The translations under genes were made by a program, and so were the position numbers. The notes beneath the pieces are model-generated. The model saw only the letters and a program-made list of their open reading frames with translations. It had not been told where the DNA came from and searched no databases. A DNA stretch of 58,602 nt, counting the filler, from Trypethelium eluteriae (Eukaryota), in assembly GCA_051942245.1 (NCBI GenBank). It is 2 parts of 2 records of this genome, joined end to end, with 100 filler letters (N's around TTAATTAATTAA, not from the genome) between each part and the next. Parts side by side here need not be neighbours in the genome. Positions count along the whole stretch, not along the records: positions 29,395 to 58,602 come from JAVECL010000297.1; 1 more part is not named here. One strand, 5' to 3'. Shown here in pieces: positions 49,748-58,602 of this stretch; position 1 is the first letter of the stretch; every line of letters starts with the position of its first letter.

Positions 49748-52709
49748 TGGCACGATTGGTAGTCTGATCAGTCTAGAAAGCTACAAGAGACAGTGAAGAT
49801 ATGCTGTTATAAAATTATGAAAAAAGAGAGCAGCCAGTGCTCTTTCAAAGTGTATAGATAGTGAAACAGCGTAAATCATTCCAAAACATTCTTGCACAAC
49901 AATGCAGCCCTGGCGATCACCAAGACTTTGTAGCGAACGCGAGAAAGACAACGTTCACACTGTTGATTTGGCAAAGCTGGCCAGTATTCATTGAAGTAGA
50001 GATGACGTCGTTCTCTAGGATATCGTAGAGGAGAGAGGCACGATTTGATCGTCATAAGTCGGTCCATTGTAGAAAATGACTTACATCAGGATATTCCCAC
50101 TTCTCCTAGCTGATCTCTCCACGTGGTTGGACTAAGAGCGAGTAACTTCGCAAGCACGATAGGAAATGTCACAAGATGAACGCTTGACAGAGGAGAAAAC
50201 AAAGTGGAGGTGCGGCGCAGATATACGCGCTATAGCTAAGCTTTAAGATCTTCGTGTTGTGCTTGCCGCAAACGTGGCTTCGGATGATACTCAGCCGGAC
50301 GAAATTCAAGACAAAGACATGAATCATGTCGACGGACACTTTCAATACAGGATTGAGATAGTGAATTCTGTGATCTTCAATTGACTCAGGGAATATTATA
50401 GATATGAGAGGAGAACGATGACCCGTTTGCGGCACAACTGGTGCTTACTCCATGCCGCTTCCCTTTGAACGTGCCTCATCTAACGATTCGTTGAATAGAT
50501 ATCTTGGCACGAAATGTGTCACGAAGCGTTAAAGACAACATTGACGTGTTCTAAGAAAACACTTAGTTTAATCGTATGTTGGGTTGATTAGGATCTTAAT
50601 AGAGGATTGGATCAAAGCATCCGAGCTGACCAAGATATGCTCTAATTTAGAGTTGAGATCGAGATGCGTCATCTGAAGATCTACCCAGCAGCAAGCATTG
50701 CAGTAGCATGGTGTGAGATCAAGAGGAGAGATGGGTGTGGGAGACAAAAGAGGATATTTGAGACGCGTCTTCCGTGATTACGATAACCGCCTTGGGAGGT
50801 TTTAGAGGTAGCGATTCCGCTTATGTAATACCTTACGCGCCTCCTGGTGCTCGTCAGAACCCTATTCCATATAGGTACTGGCGCGAATAAATGGTGCATC
50901 CAGCATTTTCAATTGTACTCTTAGCACTAGATTCTTGAATACCCTGAATGGAACATCCAGCTGTGGTAGTGCTTCCTGAACAACTTTTCCACATATGATG
51001 AATTTATGTCAGATGTGTACCTTATTAAGCACGATCTCGCCGTTGTCCCATTCCAGGTCGCATCCTTATGCGTCTCTACCATGCATGTCGAGGACATGTC
51101 TTTCCGTCCATGCCGCTGTGTCTCAGCTGTTGTTTCTCACTCTACCTCTGATCTGTAAGACCTCCCTCGCCAGTTCTGTCACGTTGGCTGTCTGCTCTTA
51201 GCATGATCGTAGCCTTGAGCATTGCGCTGGGAGCCTGAGAAGTATTCAGAAGCATGAAAAAATCGACAGCAGCACTTGGACGCTGTTGTGAAAGTTACTA
51301 GCATTGACGGCAATTGCAAATGACGTCGAGTAGTAAACAGCACTTACGAAACCTTTAAGTTAGGTGTGGCTCTCTGATAGAGCCAGGAATGTCCCAAAAC
51401 AGGACCTGGAAGTCTTCGAGAACTATATAAAGGCCGGTCAATCCCCACAGGGAACGTCGAAAGGGAAATTATCCCTGCGGGATATTATAGATGGCTCTGC
51501 TGGGGTTTCTCTGGTTTTGCTCCGGATCACCCACCTCATCCAATGGTTTCTGAGCGACTCTTGGACTCTCGTGGCTGGATGCATGTTTGCGCCGGACATT
51601 TCCATCTCGTGTGTCATTTTTGGCAGATGAAACTAGACAAACTAATTAACACTAAGGAGACACAGGATCAGCATGTTTTGAAGCTGATCTCTTAGCCGTC
51701 CAGCCTAGGTGATGAAGGCTCCGAGCTCAACATTTTGCGCTTGTCTTGTCGATAAAAAAAAGAAACAAACACCGAATAAACAAAAAGGCGTATTCAGAAG
51801 TCATCGGAGGAAACTGATGTCGTGGGTGAAAGAGCCAGCGGCGGTTGCCTGGCATGTAATGGTGAAGTGTAAGCAGAGGCCAGGATAGGACCTATCAGAA
51901 TGGAATGGAGCACATGCACGGGGCACTCCATAAAAAAACGTCAGATGTATGGCAGTACGCGCACGACTAATTGAAGTCTTCTGTCATCAACGCAGTGATG
52001 TGAGCGAACTTCTGACTGAGTTGGAGTGTGCTTGGATTCAATTGTCAGAAATTCTACTGCAGTGCTTGTGAACGGCCTGCATGTTATGCCTAATAAGGTG
52101 TACGAAAGACAAGTGATTTGAGCCTTTGATCGCAGCTTCAATTCATGGTGCTTGGGCTTTTCTGCTTTTAAAAATTCGCAAACGGTTTTGCAACTACCAT
52201 GGCTTGTCATCAGAATCCATAAGTTTGATGGCCATCCATAGTCGCCAAAAGTCGTCCACACCAGCGCCGACAAGGTGTTGCGAATATGAGTCACGCTTGC
52301 TTGCCAATGGGAATGTGCAGTGGGTGGCCCTCATTTAGAGTTCACTACAAGTGAAGCTAATGCTCTGATACCCATTGGGTCAAACGACAAAGCGAGTCGG
52401 TTACAGATAGACTCAGGTTTCCAATCCAGGATTTAATGATGAGGACATTAGTCAAGCTTGCGCTTATTCTTTTCCCAGTATCCAGGACAACAAGCTGAGG
52501 TGAGCCAAGGGCTTTTTAATCGATTAGGGCCAGCATTTTTATTTGTGTTCTGTCTAAAGTTTTGCATTGGCCTTCCTTACCATCGTGTACGGTACATACA
52601 GTCTTCCTTTGCTACTTCTGTTGAAGATCACAAGGTTTCTGAGACAGCTTGAGCGTCCCTTTCCTTGAAAGACTGATAGGACATATTTGGCAGGAATAGC
52701 ACGACCATA

Positions 52710-53936
52710 ATGGGCAACAGCCAATCAGTGGAGCCTTCCGACGAATCGGAAGCGATAAAGGCGGACCACGTTCAAAATTCCCAGGCTTTTACTGAAGTCG
52801 ACAGTAACGAAGGTGAAACTCGCGATGAGACCGCAGATACTTTGATGGCCATACAACCCCGGGATTACCCCAACCAGCTCAAGAGACCACTAAGAATCAT
52901 GGAACCAGCAAAAGTGGCAGCACCGGCCGTCTCCAATTTCACAGCCTCTGCTGAGATCGCAGTTCATTCAATCGGCATGCCATCATTTGATACATCGTCG
53001 GTATCATCGACAAATCCCACGGAGCCATTTCGACCAACGCACTTGCAGGCTCAAGGATCTGCAAAGGTAGAGAGGAACGTGTCGTCGGAGGCATATGAGC
53101 TCGATAGACCACCGTTTAGTACTGCATTGGGGTCTCTCAGAAACATAAATGCAGTGCATACATCAGTCAATAACCTAGAAAGGCTGGCCAAGAACAAGGA
53201 TGTAAGATCCAACGGACCCTCAAAAAGTGGCGACTTAGGAGTTTATAAGAACTTCTGGGCACCAGAACACCAGACCTACCCTAAGGGCATACTCAAGGAG
53301 TTAGTGCCAGCCAACCATCCAGAACAACTGTTGTCCCCGCAGGCCGACTCCGGATTGTCAAGAGCATCAGACAGGACCCAGGGTCTAGAAAGATGGACAG
53401 AGCAGTTAGCTGTGGGATCAACGTCAGAGACAGAAATAAGTCGCGCGCGAAGTTTGGTACAAGAACCACGACAAAAGGCTCGTGCTCTGCATCACCAGCT
53501 GTTTCGAGACTACTCCGGAGACTCTATTTTGAACAAGGTCACCCAAAGCATCATCAACAATCCGGAGACTTCGCCAGCTACGATTCAGAAGACGATTGCC
53601 ATGCTGGAGACAGCGAAGAAGAGCGTCGACCGAGCTGACGAGATCGTGAGAAAAATGGGCTTGCTCCCAATCTTCTGTCCTTCGTGTCGGAGATGGAACG
53701 ATAGAGACTGGAAAAGCTGGAAGACTATTGCTGCGTATCAGCTCGACGGGTTGCCTAGATATACACGCATACGACAAATGGTGGATGATGCAGAGTTGTT
53801 CGAAAGACCCAAGCACCGGTATCTTACAAATTCTATTCAAAAGCCCCGCGATTATGTTGTAGCAGCACTTTGGGAGACATGGGCTCCTTACGAGTGGGTC
53901 ATGTATATAATTGAGTATGTCCGATATGGACCTTAA
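52710..53936 (+). CDS. Hypothetical protein, 408 aa, N-myristoylation-like start
   Basis: Intronless ORF beginning MGNSQS (MGxxxS). Disordered N-terminal half, helical C-terminal half with CPSC and a Trp/Tyr-rich tail. Confidence 0.75.
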   Translation: MGNSQSVEPSDESEAIKADHVQNSQAFTEVDSNEGETRDETADTLMAIQPRDYPNQLKRPLRIMEPAKVAAPAVSNFTASAEIAVHSIGMPSFDTSSVSSTNPTEPFRPTHLQAQGSAKVERNVSSEAYELDRPPFSTALGSLRNINAVHTSVNNLERLAKNKDVRSNGPSKSGDLGVYKNFWAPEHQTYPKGILKELVPANHPEQLLSPQADSGLSRASDRTQGLERWTEQLAVGSTSETEISRARSLVQEPRQKARALHHQLFRDYSGDSILNKVTQSIINNPETSPATIQKTIAMLETAKKSVDRADEIVRKMGLLPIFCPSCRRWNDRDWKSWKTIAAYQLDGLPRYTRIRQMVDDAELFERPKHRYLTNSIQKPRDYVVAALWETWAPYEWVMYIIEYVRYGP

Positions 53937-54297
53937 TTGTGCTTAGATGGAGTTCTTAGAGGGGATTGCTGATCGGATGGAACATAGTAAGAATAGAGTG
54001 GAATGTTACGAAGCATTCCCGATCGATTTATCTCAATGACTTCGAGAATGCCGCATAAGGCTGCATTTATGACCAATATATTCCATGAATGCCGGATTTG
54101 TGCCAAATAGAAAGTCGATAGGTGTTCTAGAAGGCAGAGTGATTTGTTCAAATATTAGTCGTGCTTGATTTCTCATCAGGGAGACCGGAACAGGAACAGG
54201 TCGGTACGCCACCGGATGGTGACTAAGCTAAGATTGGCAAGAAATTCGCCCCGCCATTCAAGCGTCATGTCTGATCGAATACTCTGAACTCCCTGCC

Positions 54298-55022
54298 ATG
54301 AACTTCTCGCCAGTTATTTGCGCGTCATGCAAAGCCGTCTTAAGGCAGTCACTGAGGCGCACGACGGAAGGTCCGATACGAAGATATCGGTTCCTGAGAA
54401 ACCTCACGACCAGACCCCAAATCATCTCCTCGAATCATTGTCTGTTCACAAGAGCTTTTCGCGCCCCTTTGCCTGAGATAACTCAAGGGATAGGCCTGCG
54501 AAGAAGAAACAGCGCTACTCTTGGATTATCTAGGCAGGAACGTCATACCAGACCTCTGTCGAGCTCAGCGCGTCGAAGAGAAGCTATTATTAATCCACGG
54601 AAAGATGAAGACGGGAATTCTATGGAAATACAGATCACACCAAGAGCAGAAAATGTAAGAGCTTTGTATTACATGGTGTTGACAGGCTATACTAATGCGA
54701 TGCTCAGCGCCTCAAACAGATCATGACCAACGATTCAAATCCAAATCTCTGCCTCCGTGTTTCTGTCGAGTCCGGCGGATGCCACGGGTTCCAATATCTG
54801 ATGTCACTCACGAATACCGATCAAATATCGCACGAGGATGATACGGTTTTCCAGGGGCCAGAGGGCGCGAAGGTCGTCATGGACGAACCAAGCCTGGAGC
54901 TGTTGAAAGGTAGCAAAGTGGATTACACCATGGAACTCATCGGGAGTCAGTTCAAAATAGTAGACAATCCTCTCGCGACAAGTAGCTGTGGATGTGGGAC
55001 AAGCTTCGATATCAAAGCCTAA
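54298..55022 (+). CDS. ISA2: Mitochondrial iron-sulfur cluster assembly protein Isa2
   Basis: Arg-rich presequence, intron 54655-54707, 'LRVSVESGGCHGFQY', 'VDYTMELIGSQF', 'SSCGCGTSF'. Confidence 0.93.
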
Positions 55023-55520
55023 CGTATGATGGAGGAGAGCGAGGACTTGTTTTTGTTTGAGCCGTTTTAGCGATGCATCAGGGGGCGTTGCCATTTTTGT
55101 GCTAAGCATATCGAATGCATTGTTAAAGACCGCTTCATAAACTAGCGTGAACGAGTTTACATCTAAGTCACAGCCCCTTCCAAGACCTCTTTCTGACATC
55201 CAAGTTTGCATGATTAAAAAGCCCTGAACTGCCGGAGATCAGCCGGGGGCAGCGGTGAATGAGGTCATCATCTGCATGTCATTGAGCGGACAATAGGCCG
55301 ATCCGCAGCAATTAGTGAATCGCTGCCTGCAACGCGCATCTTTCTACAATTCGACTCACCCTCTCTTGCGCCCGTGTTTCCTCTGCTCTCGTTTTCTTCT
55401 GTTGGTTTCGGTTCATATCTTTCTTTTCGCGTCACGCTTGCATGAGTCTTACATATGAGATTCGGCAATCCTTCGCAACAATTCAATCTTCCTCTGTCAG
55501 TACTGTCAGGTTAGCCAAAT

Positions 55521-58500
55521 ATGGCGGAACTGCAGAGCTTGGGCAGCCAAGACCCAGTAGATAAAGTGAGTGCCGCTCAAGATTCGGATCCACAGGACGG
55601 CGAAACACTCAGCGGGAAGGAGCAGCAGGGTGAACAAGAAGCAGGCAATCAAAGCGACGAAAGTCCCCAACACAACGATGAGGACGAAGAGGAAGACGAT
55701 GCGATCCGGCTCGCAAAATTGACTGCAAATGTGAGAGATCAGGATGATCTGGAAAGGGACATAGGCCGACAAGCAGATCAAATGCTGGTGGAGCAAGCAG
55801 ACGAACGTGATAACAAACGTCTGGAGAAGACAATCCAGGAGAAGGAGTACGGAATCGCCTTTTATTTCATTGTCCGATTTCCAGATTGCTAATTCAAGCG
55901 TTTATGCAGACGGTATCTAGCCTCCACTCGAAGACTCGAGCAGCGCCTTCTGCAACCCGGAGGCTCCAGCATCAAGAATAAATTGCGAGCTGAGCTTGCT
56001 AGCGCGCAAGATCGGATCAAGGAACTCAACACCGACTTGGAGCAAATTCAGCGTCGCATTGAGAGCAGACATCAGGACGATGCGGAAGGTGCAGAGTTGG
56101 CGACCGAGGATGTTGGAAATAAGCGCATGCCTGGCGAGAGCCAACGCGAGTTTCTCATTCGGACTGGAAAGATTACTCCATTCTCAAAAATGGGACAACA
56201 CTCGATCAAAGCTTCATCGAGCCTCGCCGATATCATGTTGGACGCGGAAGAAGAGGTAGAGGATATTGAGGGCTTAGAAGAAGTTGAAGCGCAGGGAACC
56301 GTTGCTCCACAAGAGCCAAGATCACATCGTCATCTCATGAAACCTGGATTTGCGGAGGAAGAAGTGGTATTGAAGGGACGGCCAACGAAACGGAGAAGAA
56401 TTTCGGAAAACCAGGACATAGCTACAGAGAGTGAAGACAGTGCAGCTTCGCCAGTCGATCAGGTTGATGACGCCTTTGTTCCAGACGCCACTGGCGAAAG
56501 TATCTCAGAAGACGACGAGGAGTTGAGCATTCAAGACGACGAAGAAGATTTCATGCCGAATACTGCACCACCTCCAAAGCGAGGCAAAACGAAGAAAAGA
56601 CGGACACTTCCAGAAGATGAGCGGGAGGACTTGACAGGTGTGGATGACGGTAATGAGAGATTATATCAGCAGCGACTTGAAAGCTGGGTGCGCAGGCGGA
56701 GCACTGCGAGAGAGCGTGTCAAGTCAGAATTAGCTACGGAATCGGCTGAGCACCTCGAACGACTTGATGACGAACAAATCGAAGAGGCTGATGCAGGTAC
56801 TGAAGCGCAGCAGGCGGAAGCCAAAGAGTGGTATCTACCGCATCCTACGAGACAAGACGCTCAATTTGAAAGTGGCTTTCGAATTCCAGGCGACGTATAT
56901 CCATCGCTCTTCGACTATCAGAAGACTGGTGTTCAGTGGCTATGGGAGCTCTACTCCCAGCAAGTAGGTGGCATCATTGGCGACGAGATGGGTCTTGGAA
57001 AGACAATACAAGTTATCTCTTTCCTCGCTGGCCTGCATTACTCGAAGAAGCTTTCAAAGCCTATCATTGTGGTCTGTCCTGCGACAGTGATGAAACAGTG
57101 GGTCAATGAGTTTCATCGATGGTGGCCACCTCTTCGAGTCTCCATCCTGCACACTTCGGGCAGCGGTATGATTGACGTTGGGCGTGAACGGCGTATTGAG
57201 GACGAACTTGAGCATCGGGCTTATACGGGCGCCTCAACAAAGCTTACAAAGGGCGAAAAGGTAGCCAAGAAAGTTGTAGATCGAGTTGTAGATGATGGAC
57301 ATGTCCTCGTAACGACATATTCAGGACTCCAGACCTATGCTCGGTTGCTCATTCCGATCGATTGGGAGTATGCGGTACTGGATGAAGGGCATAAGATTCG
57401 CAATCCCAATACAGCTATCACGGTCTACTGCAAGGAGCTGCGCACTGCAAACCGGATCATACTTTCAGGTACGCCGATGCAGAACAATTTAACAGAGCTT
57501 TGGTCTCTATTCGATTTCGTGTTTCCCATGCGACTGGGTACGTTGGTCAATTTTCGGAACCAGTTTGAAATCCCTATCAAGCAAGGTGGATATGCCAATG
57601 CTTCGAATCTTCAAGTAGAGACGGCTATGAGATGTGCCGAGACTCTGAAAGACACTATCAGCCCATATTTGCTGCAGCGATTCAAAATCGACGTCGCAGC
57701 TGATCTTCCAAAGAAAAGCGAAAGAGTGTTGTTTTGCAAGCTGACCAAACTTCAGCGAGATGCATATGAGCGCTTTCTGAGGTCGGACGAGATGAACGCG
57801 ATTCTGGTGGGTAAACGTCAAGCTCTGTTTGGCGTTGATATTCTCCGCAAGATCTGCAATCACCCGGACCTTCAAGATCATAAGATGCTCGCCACGAAAA
57901 TAGGATACAATTATGGCAGTGGAGTCAAATCAGGAAAGATGCAGGTTGTCAAGGCACTTCTCGAAATCTGGAAAAGGGGCGGTCACAAGACTTTACTTTT
58001 CGCGCAACATCGTATTATGCTCGACATTCTCGAAAAGTTCATTAAAGGTATCGAGGGTTTCAACTATAGACGCATGGACGGCAACACCTCCATCAGAGAT
58101 AGACAAGACCTCGTGGACGAATTCAACCGAGACCAAGACCTTCATGTCTTCCTCTTGACAACGAAGGTCGGTGGGCTTGGTGTCAACCTTACAGGCGCTG
58201 ATAGAGTCATCATCTTCGACCCTGACTGGAATCCCTCGACCGATGTACAAGCAAGGGAGCGCGCTTGGCGCCTTGGCCAGAAGCGGGAGGTAGAGATCTA
58301 CCGGCTCATGACTGCAGGCACCATCGAAGAGAAGATCTATCACCGGCAAATTTTCAAGCAATTCCTCACGAACAAGATTCTCAAAGACCCGAAACAGCGG
58401 CAGACCTTCCAGCTTCGCGACCTGCACGATCTCTTTACCCTCGGTAGCCAAGACGAAGACCAGACCGAGACTAGCACCCTTTTCAAAGGCACTGAAGTCC

Positions 58501-58602
58501 ATTTCTCTGGCGCAGAGAACAAACCACCTCCAACAGACGAACACGGCATTCCCACCCCACCCACTGAAACCGACTCTAACGACAACAATAACACCATCAA
58601 AT
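55521..58602 (+). CDS. RAD26: SNF2-family transcription-coupled repair ATPase Rad26/Rhp26 (CSB/ERCC6), runs off the window
   Basis: Intron 55847-55909. 'DDGNE..YQ.RL', 'LFDYQKTGVQWLWELY.QQVGGIIGDEMGLGKT', 'LDEGHKIRNPN', 'LSGTPMQNNL', 'GGYANASNLQV', 'LLTTKVGGLGVNLTGADRV', 'QARERAWRLGQ'. Confidence 0.96.

Noticed and set aside
57507..58600. Minus-strand ORFs up to 183 aa
   Set aside because: Antisense shadows of the RAD26 helicase domain.

Overview
Eukaryotic genomic DNA from a filamentous ascomycete (Pezizomycotina), inferred from short GT-AG introns with CTRAY branch sites and fungal gene families. Conserved genes: tandem-bromodomain (RSC-type) protein, CaM kinase, UBE2W-type E2, Hsp70 Ssb, the 3' end of a Cdc15/Hof1-type SH3 protein, an RBR E3 ligase, a CSC1/OSCA channel, Isa2 and Rad26/CSB. 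Between them lie accessory blocks rich in apparently decayed coding sequence: ~6-10 kb (fructosamine kinase plus relic), ~13.5-28.7 kb (HET-domain gene, orphans, two secondary-metabolite-type methyltransferases) and ~39.5-54.2 kb (MetE-like protein, PD-(D/E)XK-like nuclease, a giant modular secreted subtilase with KR sites and a Cys-rich tail, an N-myristoylated orphan). An artificial 100-nt linker (N44-TTAATTAATTAA-N44) at 29295-29394 splits the window, so adjacency of the halves is unproven. No tRNA, rRNA, CRISPR or intact transposon was recognised. Exon models were read by eye and family calls are from motif recognition, not database searches.
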